64,000 bases of DNA from an uncultured Gallionellaceae bacterium (lineage in GTDB: Bacteria; Pseudomonadota; Gammaproteobacteria; Burkholderiales; Gallionellaceae), in assembly GCA_964639585.1 (NCBI GenBank), contig CAZXDK010000005.1:5398-69397 (forward strand), given 5' to 3'. The position numbers and the translations under genes were made by a program. Each line of letters starts with the position of its first letter. Positions within the stretch are counted from its first letter, which is position 1. Of this stretch, positions 10,529 through 19,642 are shown in pieces. Below the pieces are notes generated by a model that did not search any database, was not told where the DNA came from, and was given only the letters and a program-made list of their open reading frames with translations.

Positions 10529-11302
10529 ATGAGTGTTTTTGCCTGGATCATCGTCGCGAGTTTGTTCGGCGGCATGTTGAGTGTGATATGCGCCGCATTG
10601 TTCGCATTGAATACCCGCGCGCACTGGGTCGGCGGATTGGTGAGTTATGCCATCGGCGCTTTGCTGGGGGCGGTGTTCCTCGACATGTTGCCCGAGGCGC
10701 TCAAGCTCAGTTCCAGCGTCACCGCGGTCAGCACTACGGTGCTGTTCGGCATTTTATTGTTCTTTACGCTGGAGAAAGTGCTGATCTGGCGTCATTGCCA
10801 CCATGACCATTGCGAAGCGCACGAACCGCACGAACACACCGCGCATGACCACGGGCGTAGCGGCGCTATGGTGATCGTGGGCGACACCTTCCACAATTTT
10901 ATCGACGGCATCATTATCGCGGCAGCCTTTTTGACTGACATCCATCTGGGCGTTGTCACTGCGCTGGCCATCATCGCGCACGAGATACCGCAGGAAGTCG
11001 GCGATTTCGCCGTTCTGCTGCACTCCGGCTACAGCAAAATGCGCGCATTCCAGATGAATTTGATTTCCAGTTTTGCCACGGTGGTGGGCGCTATGCTGGG
11101 ATATTTCACTTTGCAGACCATGCAGGCCTGGACGCCGTCGTTATTGGCGTTGGCGGCTGCCAGCATGATCTATGTGGCGGTCGCCGACCTGATTCCGGGC
11201 TTGCATAAGCGCACGCAACTGCGCGACACCATTCAGCAAGTGGTGCTGATAGCTCTGGGGGTGGGGACGGTGGCGCTGATGAACGCCCTGGTTGCCGGGT
11301 AG
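10529..11302 (+). CDS. ZIP family divalent metal transporter
   Basis: Multi-TM protein with a His-rich loop HCHHDHCEAHEPHEHTAHDH and the ZIP signature HEIPQEVGDFAVLL. Confidence 0.9.
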   Translation: MSVFAWIIVASLFGGMLSVICAALFALNTRAHWVGGLVSYAIGALLGAVFLDMLPEALKLSSSVTAVSTTVLFGILLFFTLEKVLIWRHCHHDHCEAHEPHEHTAHDHGRSGAMVIVGDTFHNFIDGIIIAAAFLTDIHLGVVTALAIIAHEIPQEVGDFAVLLHSGYSKMRAFQMNLISSFATVVGAMLGYFTLQTMQAWTPSLLALAAASMIYVAVADLIPGLHKRTQLRDTIQQVVLIALGVGTVALMNALVAG

Positions 11303-11340
11303 CCGGTGTGTTGCGCAAGACTGAACTGGATAAGGAGCGC

Positions 11341-12777
11341 ATGATGAAATGCAAGATTCGTATTTTGCTGTTGCCGCTGATGGTTGTCTGGAATTTAAGC
11401 CTGGCCGATGAACACCAATACACCAGCTCGCTGCAAGACCAGCAGCAGGTGACGGTGACGATCTACAACGACGATCTCGCGCTGATCAAGGACAGCCGCC
11501 GCGTTGTTTTGAACGCGGGCGACAATGCTTTGTCGTGGCGCGATGTGTCGGCGCGGATGCGTCCCGAGACGGCGCTGTTGCGCAATCTTGCCGAGCCGGA
11601 AAAACTGCGTTTGCTCGAACAGAATTTTGATTTCGACCTGCTCACGCCGCAGAAGTTGATCGAAAAATATGTCGGGCGCAAAGTCCAGATCATCAAGACC
11701 AATCCGGCCACCGGAGCGGAGACGGCCGAAGAGGCGACGGTGCTTGCGGCCAACGAGGGCGTGGTGGTGCAGTTCGCCGACCGCATCGAATCCCATCCGC
11801 CGGGCAGGCTGGCGTTCAAGGCGGTGCCCGACAATCTGCGCGACCGTCCTACCCTGGTCATGAAATTGCAGACGCCGAAATCCGGTGCACAAAATCTGGA
11901 ACTTTCCTATCTGAGCGGCGGCCTTGCGTGGAAGGCTGACTATGTCGCCGAATTATCCGCCAAGGATGACCGTCTCGACCTGAACGGCTGGGTGACGCTG
12001 ACCAACCAGAGTGGCGCGAGCTATCGCGATGCCCGCCTGCAACTGGTGGCGGGCGACGTCAACCGGGTGCGCGACGAGATGCGCGGCAGGGTGCAAATGG
12101 CGATGATGGCCCCCGCACCCGCGCCCGTGGCGCAGATGAAGGAAGAGGGCTTGTTCGAATACCATCTCTACACCCTGGAGCGCTCCACAACCATCGCGGA
12201 GAATCAGACCAAACAGGTCGCCTTGCTGGCCGCGGCTGAAGTGCCGGTGCGCAAGGAGTTCGTTCTGCGCGGCAACGATTATTACTACCGGGTCAATGCC
12301 GGAGACATCGGGCAAAAACTTAAAGTCGGCGTTTTTGTCGAGTTCGACAACAAGCCGCAGAAGCTGGGCATCCCCTTGCCCAAGGGCGTGGTGCGCGTCT
12401 ACAAAAAAGATGCGGCGGGCCATGCGCAGTTCGTTGGCGAGGACAGGATAGACCATACCGCGAGGAACGAGACGGTGCGCATCAAACTGGGGGATGCGTT
12501 CGATGTGACTGCCGACAGGAAGCAGTCGGCCTTCAAAAAGATAGCCGGAGACAGCCGCTACAACTACATTTTTGAGGAAGCGTTCGAGATTGTGCTGAAG
12601 AACGCCAAGAGCGAGGCCGTGACAGTCAAGGTGATGGAGCCGATACCCGGCGATTGGGAAATCCTCGGCGAAAACCTCAAACACACCCAGGCGGCAGCAA
12701 ATACCGCAGTGTGGAATGTGGCAGTGCCGGCCGAGGGCAGTACGACGCTGAGCTACCGGGTGCGGGTGCGCTACTGA
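11341..12777 (+). CDS. DUF4139-family exported protein
   Basis: Signal peptide MMKCKIRILLLPLMVVWNLSLA. TIYNDDLALIKDSRRV and the overall pattern resemble DUF4139/DUF4140 proteins. ATG at 11341 or 11344 after AAGGAG. Confidence 0.75.
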   Translation: MMKCKIRILLLPLMVVWNLSLADEHQYTSSLQDQQQVTVTIYNDDLALIKDSRRVVLNAGDNALSWRDVSARMRPETALLRNLAEPEKLRLLEQNFDFDLLTPQKLIEKYVGRKVQIIKTNPATGAETAEEATVLAANEGVVVQFADRIESHPPGRLAFKAVPDNLRDRPTLVMKLQTPKSGAQNLELSYLSGGLAWKADYVAELSAKDDRLDLNGWVTLTNQSGASYRDARLQLVAGDVNRVRDEMRGRVQMAMMAPAPAPVAQMKEEGLFEYHLYTLERSTTIAENQTKQVALLAAAEVPVRKEFVLRGNDYYYRVNAGDIGQKLKVGVFVEFDNKPQKLGIPLPKGVVRVYKKDAAGHAQFVGEDRIDHTARNETVRIKLGDAFDVTADRKQSAFKKIAGDSRYNYIFEEAFEIVLKNAKSEAVTVKVMEPIPGDWEILGENLKHTQAAANTAVWNVAVPAEGSTTLSYRVRVRY

Positions 12778-12858
12778 GCGGCCACCGGGTGAAATCGACT
12801 TGCGTGCAGGGGCGTTTCCGTTTGAATCTGGATAAATTTTTGTGAATTTGAAAACGAT

Positions 12859-14178
12859 ATGAAAAAAAATCTTACACCGCGCATCGGCTTCGTCTCTCTG
12901 GGTTGCCCCAAGGCCACGAGCGACTCCGAGCACATCCTCACGCGTATGCGCGCCGAGGGCTATGTTATCACCGGCAGCTACCAGGAGGCCGATCTGGTCG
13001 TCGTTAACACCTGCGGCTTTATCGACAGCGCCGTGGCGGAATCGCTCGAAGCCATAGGTGAAGCTTTGCAGGAAAACGGCAAGGTCATCGTGACGGGCTG
13101 CCTCGGCGCGAAGGGCGACATCGTGCGCAACGCGCATCCCAAAGTGCTGGCCGTGACCGGCCCGCACGCGACCGACGAAGTGATGGAGGCGGTGCATCAG
13201 CACCTGCCGCGACTGCACGATCCCTATAGCGACCTCGTGCCGTCGCAGGGTGTCCGCCTCACGCCCAGCCATTTCGCCTACGTGAAAATTTCCGAGGGCT
13301 GCAACCACCGCTGCACCTTCTGCATCATCCCCAGTTTGCGCGGCGATCTGGTGAGTCGTCCGGTGGGCGACGTGATGCAGGAAGCGCAAAACCTCGTGGA
13401 TGCGGGCGTGAAGGAATTGCTGGTGATTTCGCAGGACACCTCGGCCTACGGCGTGGACGTCAAATACCGCACGGGCTTCTGGGGCGGCCGACCGATGAAA
13501 ACGCGCATGACCGAACTCGCCGCCGCGATGGGCGACCTCGGTGCGTGGGTGCGTCTGCATTACGTCTACCCGTACCCCAGCGTGGACGAAGTGATCCCGC
13601 TGATGGCGGCAGGCAAAATCCTGCCTTACCTCGACATCCCGTTCCAGCATGCCAACGAGCGCATCCTCAAACTGATGAAGCGCCCGGCGAGCAGCGAAAA
13701 CGTGCTTAAACGCATCCAGCAATGGCGCAGCGTTTGCCCCGACATCACCCTGCGCAGCACCTTCATCGTCGGCTTCCCCGGCGAGACGGAAGAGGAGTTT
13801 GAAGAGCTGCTCGACTTCATCGAAGAAGCGCAGCTCGACCGTGTCGGCGCATTCAAATATTCCCCCGTGGAAGGCGCGCTGGCGAACGAACTGCCCGACC
13901 ACATCGACCCCGACGAACAGGAAGACCGCCTCGCGCGTCTGATGTATTTGCAGGAAGAAATCAGCGCCGAAAAACTCGCCAAAAAAGTCGGCAAGACCAT
14001 GACCGTGCTGGTGGACGATGTGGACGAAGAAGGCTCCATCGCGCGCAGCGCCGCCGACGCGCCGGAGATCGACGGGCTGGTTTATATCAACGGCGCAGAG
14101 CTGGAAGTAGGCGAGTTCGTGACCGTGAAGATCACCGACTCCGACGAGCATGATTTGTGGGGCGAAGTGGTGCAATAA
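12859..14178 (+). CDS. rimO: Ribosomal protein S12 methylthiotransferase RimO
   Basis: [16 protein letters not shown], radical-SAM motif [11 protein letters not shown] and a C-terminal TRAM domain. Confidence 0.95.
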   Translation: MKKNLTPRIGFVSLGCPKATSDSEHILTRMRAEGYVITGSYQEADLVVVNTCGFIDSAVAESLEAIGEALQENGKVIVTGCLGAKGDIVRNAHPKVLAVTGPHATDEVMEAVHQHLPRLHDPYSDLVPSQGVRLTPSHFAYVKISEGCNHRCTFCIIPSLRGDLVSRPVGDVMQEAQNLVDAGVKELLVISQDTSAYGVDVKYRTGFWGGRPMKTRMTELAAAMGDLGAWVRLHYVYPYPSVDEVIPLMAAGKILPYLDIPFQHANERILKLMKRPASSENVLKRIQQWRSVCPDITLRSTFIVGFPGETEEEFEELLDFIEEAQLDRVGAFKYSPVEGALANELPDHIDPDEQEDRLARLMYLQEEISAEKLAKKVGKTMTVLVDDVDEEGSIARSAADAPEIDGLVYINGAELEVGEFVTVKITDSDEHDLWGEVVQ

Positions 14179-14326
14179 ACAGTGAGCCGCGCCTGACTGT
14201 GTATTCCGCCGATGGGGCGGTCTGCGCTTGCATTAAGGTACAATCGGCCAGCCGTTTTCAGGGCCGTCTGCGGCCTTGGGTAAACATCGGATTCAGCATC
14301 GGGCGGATTAATGACTAGGACGCAGA

Positions 14327-15136
14327 ATGGTTAAGCAAATATCGGATTCGGCAACCGCGCTGATCGTGGATGACTCCGCGACCATCCGCAGCACCCTTAA
14401 AGCTTTTTTGTCATTGGCCGGGGTTGAGGTCGTCGGGCAGGAGTCCAGTGGTCTCAAGTTGTTGCAAACCATAGCCCAGTTGTCTCCCGATATTATTTGT
14501 CTCGATTACAATTTGCCCGGTATCAACGGTCTTGAGCTGCTGAAATCCATAGTTTCAGAATATCCCAAAATAGCCGTCGTGATGGTTACCGGAGAGCTGG
14601 AGCCCGGTCTGCGCGGTGTTGCCGCGGAAGCCGGGGCAGCCGGTTTTATCCAAAAACCGTTCACCCATGATCAGGTGGCCAAGGAAATCAACAGCGTTAT
14701 TCATGCCAAACAGCTACATGAGCGCACCCAAAAGCAAGCGACAAAAACCGAAGCAATCGGGACGTCCCGCGCTAAAAAAACCGCGCTCATTGCGGATGAT
14801 AGCCGGACGATGCGGGAGCTGTTGAAGGTCATTTTGTCCAACCTGAATATTGACGTTGTTGCGGAAGCCACCAGTGGAATACTCGCGGTAGAGCTGGCTA
14901 TCAAGCTGCGGCCCGATCTTGTTTGTCTGGATATAGACATGCCGGGCATGCATGGACTGGACGCGCTGCTGGAAATTCGCCAGAAAGTTTCTTCCGCCCG
15001 GGTGTTGATGATCAGCGGCAACTCCAAACGCGAGTCCGTCCTGTTTGCGATCAAACAAGGTGCGGCGGGTTTTATTTTGAAGCCGTTCGAGCCCGATAAA
15101 GTAACTGAAGCGGTCACCAGGATATTGGGTGCTTAG
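14327..15136 (+). CDS. Response regulator with two tandem receiver (REC) domains and no output domain
   Basis: First REC: LIVDDSATIR...DIICLDYNLPGINGLELL...GFIQKPF. Second REC: LIADDSRTMR...DLVCLDIDMPGMHGLDALL...GFILKPF. Confidence 0.88.
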   Translation: MVKQISDSATALIVDDSATIRSTLKAFLSLAGVEVVGQESSGLKLLQTIAQLSPDIICLDYNLPGINGLELLKSIVSEYPKIAVVMVTGELEPGLRGVAAEAGAAGFIQKPFTHDQVAKEINSVIHAKQLHERTQKQATKTEAIGTSRAKKTALIADDSRTMRELLKVILSNLNIDVVAEATSGILAVELAIKLRPDLVCLDIDMPGMHGLDALLEIRQKVSSARVLMISGNSKRESVLFAIKQGAAGFILKPFEPDKVTEAVTRILGA

Positions 15137-15235
15137 ACTGCGGCGGCCTTTTTCAAGGGATGCGGCGCCCATGACGGCGAATATTCGGAACCGGATGATA
15201 GCTGTGGTGTTTACATTTTTGTTTGAGCGACGAGT

Positions 15236-15565
15236 ATGCCCCCCAATCCTTGCCTGAGCTGCGGCGCGTGCTGCGCCCATTACCGCATCTCGTTCTATTG
15301 GGACGAGTGCAGTGCTGCACCGGGCGGATTTGTCCCGGTCGAGCTTACCGAGAGTATCCACCCGCAACTGTTGTGCATGAAAGGCACAAACAATTATCCG
15401 CCGCGCTGTGCGGCATTGCGCGGCGAGGTCGGCAAGCAGGTGTCCTGCGCCATTTACCAACAACGCCCCACACCTTGCCGCGAGTTCAATGAATATGAGT
15501 TGGATGGCACGCCGAACATGCGTTGTTTCAAACTGCGCGGACGGGTTCCCCCTGCTACAATTTGA
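15236..15565 (+). CDS. YkgJ-family cysteine-cluster (zinc/iron-chelating) protein
   Basis: [15 protein letters not shown] together with the C-terminal C...C pattern typical of the YkgJ/UPF0153 family. Confidence 0.8.
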   Translation: MPPNPCLSCGACCAHYRISFYWDECSAAPGGFVPVELTESIHPQLLCMKGTNNYPPRCAALRGEVGKQVSCAIYQQRPTPCREFNEYELDGTPNMRCFKLRGRVPPATI

Positions 15566-15567
15566 GC

Positions 15568-15954
15568 ATGATGATCTATGCCTTCCTCGCTATCGGTTTG
15601 GGAGCCGCCATCGGCGCATGGTTGCGCTGGGGTTTGGGCTTGTGGCTTAACCCCGTATTGACGGAGTTGCCGCTGGGCACGCTCTCGGCCAATCTCGTCG
15701 GCGCTTATCTGGTGGGTTTTGCGCTTGCGTTTTTCATGCAGCATCCGGGGCTGTCGCCGGAATGGCGTTTGTTCGTCATCACGGGATTCCTCGGCGGGCT
15801 GACGACTTTCTCCACGTTCTCCGCCGAAACTGTCACACTATTGATTCGCGGGCAATATATTTGGGGGGCGGCCATTATTAGCGCGCATCTGGGCGGATCT
15901 TTGTTGATGACGGTGTTCGGTATTCAAACCGTCAAGTGGATACAGCAAATGTAG
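15568..15954 (+). CDS. crcB: Fluoride ion channel CrcB
   Basis: [21 protein letters not shown]...[16 protein letters not shown]...[15 protein letters not shown]. The start lies 3 nt after the ykgJ stop. Confidence 0.92.
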   Translation: MMIYAFLAIGLGAAIGAWLRWGLGLWLNPVLTELPLGTLSANLVGAYLVGFALAFFMQHPGLSPEWRLFVITGFLGGLTTFSTFSAETVTLLIRGQYIWGAAIISAHLGGSLLMTVFGIQTVKWIQQM

Positions 15955-15969
15955 CAATCGGGAGGAATT

Positions 15970-16281
15970 ATGCACGCCATCTACCTCAAGTTTTATCTCA
16001 CCGAAAAACAGAAACACGACAGCAAGCCGCTATACGAATGGCTGCTGGAACACGCCCAACGCGTCGGGGTGACCGGCGGTTCGGTGTTCCGGGCCATCGC
16101 CGGATACGGACGCCACGGCAGCATGCATGCGGAGACGTTTATCGAACTGGGCGGCGAGTTGCCGCTGCAGGTGGAGTTCGTTCTGGAAGAGCGGCAGGCG
16201 GAAGAGTTTTTGGAGACCCTGCGCGCGTATGAATTAAATATCCGTTATGTGAGTTACCCTGTCAAAGCTGGCGTAATATGA
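15970..16281 (+). CDS. DUF190 (PII-like) protein commonly paired with crcB
   Basis: LKFYLTEKQKHDSKPLYEWLLEHAQRVGVTGGSVFRAIAGYGRHG is typical of DUF190. Lies adjacent to crcB. Confidence 0.85.
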   Translation: MHAIYLKFYLTEKQKHDSKPLYEWLLEHAQRVGVTGGSVFRAIAGYGRHGSMHAETFIELGGELPLQVEFVLEERQAEEFLETLRAYELNIRYVSYPVKAGVI

Positions 16282-16328
16282 CTTGCCACAGCCGCAAGTG
16301 AGTCTTCATTCAGCGGGAGAGCAACTCC

Positions 16329-17759
16329 ATGAACCTTAATTCAATGGGCAACACACTGGGGGAAATAAGTTTCCGCATCAATGCGGAAAATTTGCGCACA
16401 CGCGCCGAGCAATTGCGCATCCGGCTCAACACCTATCCGCTGCTGGCCATGGCGCAAGCCATGCTGCAACTGGTGTTTGTGGTGCTGCTGTGGAATGTCG
16501 GCGCAAATCGCCATCATCTGGTGTTATGGATAGCCTGCACCTATCTGTTGTACGCGTGGGAGATTATCAAGTGGCGGCGTGACCGCGAGAAGCTGGGGAG
16601 CATAAGCGAGTGCCAGCAATGGAGCCGTCATTTTACTTTGCTGGCATTGACCATCGGCCTGTTATGGGGGTCGGCTTTCATACATTTTTTTCCGGCCAAT
16701 CTGGAAAAACAAATCCTGCTGATCTGCCTGATGCTGGCATTGGCCGCGGGGGCGGCGATGGTTAATGCGGTGCACGCCCCGTCGATGTATGCGTATTTGA
16801 CCGGCGTCATGTTTCCGCTGACTTTCCGCGTCATGGCGGAGAGCAACGATGCGCATTGGGCTATCGCCTACATGTTGCTGCTATTTTTGGCCGTGATCGT
16901 GATTGCCGGACGCGAGTTGCAAAAGATGATTTTTCTTTCGCTCAATCAGCGCTTCGAAAATCTTGCGTTGGTGGAACAGCTCACACAGAAGAAAACGCTG
17001 CTGGAAAAGGCCAAACAGGAAGTCGATGCCAGCAATGAGTTATTGCGCAACGAGGGCAAGTTGCTGGAAAAACTGGTGCAGGAACGCACCGCCGAATTGA
17101 TCACCAAATCGGACGAAGTGGTCGCGATTCAGGATGTGATGATATTGGCGATGTGCTCGCTGTCCGAAACGCGCGACAATGAAACCGGCAACCACATCAA
17201 GCGCACGCAGAATTATGTGCGCATCCTCGCGCGCCATCTGCAACAGCATCCGCGCTTTGCCGATTTCCTGAGCGATGAAAACATCGAGGCGCTGTACAAG
17301 GTGGCGCCCTTGCACGACATCGGCAAAGTCGGCATTCCCGACGCCATCCTGCTCAAGCCCGGCAAACTCACGCCGGAAGAGTTTGAGGTCATGAAAACCC
17401 ACACCACGCTGGGCGGCAATGCCATCGCCTACTCCGAAGAGAACTTCCAGTTGCACAACAATAACTTTCTCATGCTGGCGCGGCAGATTGCCACCGGGCA
17501 CCATGAAAAATGGGACGGCAGCGGTTATCCCAAAGGGCTTAAGGGCGATGCGATTCCCATCGCCGCGCGCCTTATGGCGTTGGCGGATGTGTACGACGCG
17601 CTGGTCAGCCGCCGCATTTACAAGGAAGGTTTTTCACAAGAATTGGTGACCGAGCTGATCGTCGCCGGGCGGGGGCTGCACTTCGACCCCGACATCGTCG
17701 ATGCCTATATCGAGATACACCCCGAGTTTCTGGAGGTCGCGCAGCGCTTCCACGATTGA
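16329..17759 (+). CDS. Membrane-anchored HD-GYP domain c-di-GMP phosphodiesterase
   Basis: Multi-TM N-terminal half and a coiled coil. Intact HD-GYP motifs HDIGKVGIPD and HHEKWDGSGYPKGL. Confidence 0.9.
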   Translation: MNLNSMGNTLGEISFRINAENLRTRAEQLRIRLNTYPLLAMAQAMLQLVFVVLLWNVGANRHHLVLWIACTYLLYAWEIIKWRRDREKLGSISECQQWSRHFTLLALTIGLLWGSAFIHFFPANLEKQILLICLMLALAAGAAMVNAVHAPSMYAYLTGVMFPLTFRVMAESNDAHWAIAYMLLLFLAVIVIAGRELQKMIFLSLNQRFENLALVEQLTQKKTLLEKAKQEVDASNELLRNEGKLLEKLVQERTAELITKSDEVVAIQDVMILAMCSLSETRDNETGNHIKRTQNYVRILARHLQQHPRFADFLSDENIEALYKVAPLHDIGKVGIPDAILLKPGKLTPEEFEVMKTHTTLGGNAIAYSEENFQLHNNNFLMLARQIATGHHEKWDGSGYPKGLKGDAIPIAARLMALADVYDALVSRRIYKEGFSQELVTELIVAGRGLHFDPDIVDAYIEIHPEFLEVAQRFHD

Positions 17760-17761
17760 CG

Positions 17762-18517
17762 CTAAAGCACCAGCATCCCGCCCGGGCAAGTCTGCGCCTG
17801 TTCCAGCCGCGTCAGCGTGGGCAGCAGATTCAGCCCGGTCTTTTCTTTGAATTCGGTCGCCTGATCCTTGAGGTCATCCAGTGCGACATTGATGGCGTCG
17901 CCTGCCGCCGCGAGGCAAATCGTGTTGCCGCTGTCGCAGGAGGGGAAAGCGATAGCGCGCTTGTCGAACGCCAGGCTGATGCGCTCCACGCTCGCCTCGA
18001 ACCCTTTGCTGCGCCCCAGCAGGTTCACGGCCATGATGCCGTTGTCGTTGAGGTGCGCGCGCACCGCCTGATAAAACGGCGCAGTATCCAGCGCCCCGGC
18101 GCGCGCATCGGCATCGAAACCGTCCACCAGAACCAGATCGTAAGTCTGCGTGCTGTTCAAAATGAATTCCGCGCCGTCGGCAATGACGATTTTCATGCGC
18201 AACGGGTCTTCCGGCAGCTTGAAAAATTGCCGCGCCGCCGCCACAACGCCGGGCTCGATTTCCACCACCGTGAGCTTCGCCAGCGGGCAATTGCGGTATA
18301 AAAATTTGGTGAGCGACGCCGCGCCCAGCCCGATCAGCAGCACCTTGCGCGGGAAGTGGGCATCCTCGCGCAGCAGCAGGCTGGCCATCATTTCCTTGGT
18401 GTATTCGAGTTCCAGATTCCACGGGCGCGCGATGCGCATCGCGCCCTGTATCCAGTCCGAGCCGAAGTGCAGATAACGCACACCGGCTTCTTCGCGTATG
18501 TCGATTGAGAGAGTCAT
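17762..18517 (-). CDS. Spermidine-synthase-like class I methyltransferase-fold protein
   Basis: VLLIGLGAASLTKFL, VVEIEPGVVAAARQFF and YDLVLVDGFD. Confidence 0.8.
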   Translation of the reverse strand: MTLSIDIREEAGVRYLHFGSDWIQGAMRIARPWNLELEYTKEMMASLLLREDAHFPRKVLLIGLGAASLTKFLYRNCPLAKLTVVEIEPGVVAAARQFFKLPEDPLRMKIVIADGAEFILNSTQTYDLVLVDGFDADARAGALDTAPFYQAVRAHLNDNGIMAVNLLGRSKGFEASVERISLAFDKRAIAFPSCDSGNTICLAAAGDAINVALDDLKDQATEFKEKTGLNLLPTLTRLEQAQTCPGGMLVL

Positions 18518-18545
18518 AGTTAATGTATTTTTGTGGGTTTACGAA

Positions 18546-18639
18546 GGGTAGGGTAGGCACGTTGTTTGTGCCCACGCGGTGGGGTTGCGATTGGTCAAAC
18601 ACCGCTCCGCGTGGGCACAAACAACGTGCCCACCCTACG
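18546..18639. repeat. REP-type inverted pair (GTAGGGTRGGCAC..GTGCCCACGCGG family)
   Basis: The arm at 18546..18579 is the reverse complement of the arm at 18608..18639. Each arm is itself a small hairpin. Located between the nnrD stop and the neighbouring gene start. Confidence 0.9.
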
Positions 18640-18640
18640 G

Positions 18641-19600
18641 TTATTTTTTTATCCACTGGTTTAACAACCACCTCGCCCACTCGGTCACTTCCGTTGCGCT
18701 CATGCCTATGGTCGCCTGTTGTTGTGCCAGCGCATCGCCCGCCGCGCCGTGCAGGTGCACGCCGAGCAGCAGCGTTTCGTCGGCGCTCAGCCCCTGCGCC
18801 ATGAAGGCGGCGATCATGCCAGCGAGTACGTCGCCCATGCCCGCGCTGCTCATGCCGGGGTTGCCGGTCTGGTTGAGGTGCAGTTTGCCGTCGCGGGTGG
18901 CGCAAATGCTGCCCGCGCCTTTCAGCACCACGCTGCCGCCCAGTTTTTTGGCCAGAGCCAGCGCGGCCGCGGGACGGTCGGATTGAATCTCTTCGCTGCT
19001 GCAACCCAGCAGGCGCGCTGCTTCGCCGGGATGCGGGGTGAATACGGCGGGCGCTTTGCGGCTGTGCAGCAGGCTGCGCAGGTCGGGGCGCAACGCGATG
19101 ATGTTGAGCGCATCGGCGTCCAGCACGGTGGGTGTGTCGAGCAACAGCGCGTCATACACCAGCTTTTGCGCTGTGAGGCTGTGTCCCAGACCGCAACCGA
19201 GCACCAGCACAGATAAACAAGATTGCATTTCTCGTTCGCCTCCTCGCCCGCTTGCGGGAGAGGATTGAGGAGAGGGCATTTGAGGGGGAGGGAGACTTTT
19301 CAGCGTAGCACCGGCACTATTCAGCATCAGCTCCGGCATCTGCCCGTCCACCGCCGGGGCGTTGTCCGCCAATAGCCCCACATGCACGCAACCCGCGCCC
19401 AGCTTGAGTGCGGCGCGCCCGGCCAGCAATGCCGCGCCGACCATGCCGCGGTCGCCGCCGATAACGGCAACCGTACCGAACATGCCTTTATGGCTGTCTT
19501 GGGGACGGGGCTTGAGGAATGAGGCAACTTGTTTTTGGGTGATGGGCGGGATGCGAATTGCGGGCATGTTGTTTTTATGAGAGTGGATGACGTGCTGCAT
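18641..19600 (-). CDS. nnrD: ADP-dependent NAD(P)H-hydrate dehydratase (YjeF C-terminal domain)
   Basis: HKGMFGTVAVIGGDRGMVGAALLAGRAALKLGAG, VLGCGLG, VVLKGAGS and GMSSAGMGDVLAGMIAAF. The start may be the internal MPAIR. Contains an in-frame repeat element (see findings). Confidence 0.88.
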   Translation of the reverse strand: MQHVIHSHKNNMPAIRIPPITQKQVASFLKPRPQDSHKGMFGTVAVIGGDRGMVGAALLAGRAALKLGAGCVHVGLLADNAPAVDGQMPELMLNSAGATLKSLPPPQMPSPQSSPASGRGGEREMQSCLSVLVLGCGLGHSLTAQKLVYDALLLDTPTVLDADALNIIALRPDLRSLLHSRKAPAVFTPHPGEAARLLGCSSEEIQSDRPAAALALAKKLGGSVVLKGAGSICATRDGKLHLNQTGNPGMSSAGMGDVLAGMIAAFMAQGLSADETLLLGVHLHGAAGDALAQQQATIGMSATEVTEWARWLLNQWIKK

Positions 19601-19642
19601 TATAATTGCAACCCGTTTTTAACGCTCCCATGAGATCAGGTT

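Noticed and set aside
10096-10532. The small ORFs 10096..10281 and 10350..10532 in the MCP/ZIP intergenic region, and a possible Zur box near 10480
   Set aside because: The ORFs lack Shine-Dalgarno sequences and have an odd composition. The AT-rich stretch ATTATTAAGTATAAT shows only weak dyad symmetry, so I could not support a Zur/Fur site by eye.
11953-14175. A 740-aa ORF on the minus strand
   Set aside because: It is antisense to the well-supported DUF4139 and rimO genes. Its translation is low-complexity and rich in His, Arg, Gly, Ala and Val, with no motifs. This is a typical shadow ORF of GC-rich DNA.
15137-15235. A fluoride (crcB-motif) riboswitch upstream of ykgJ-crcB-DUF190
   Set aside because: I looked for the conserved GGNGAUG...CUGAUGA pseudoknot pattern. 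The segment GGGAUGCGGCGCCC...GGAUGAUAGC lacks complementary P1 arms. There is also no room between ykgJ and crcB (a 2-nt gap). A covariance-model scan would settle the question.
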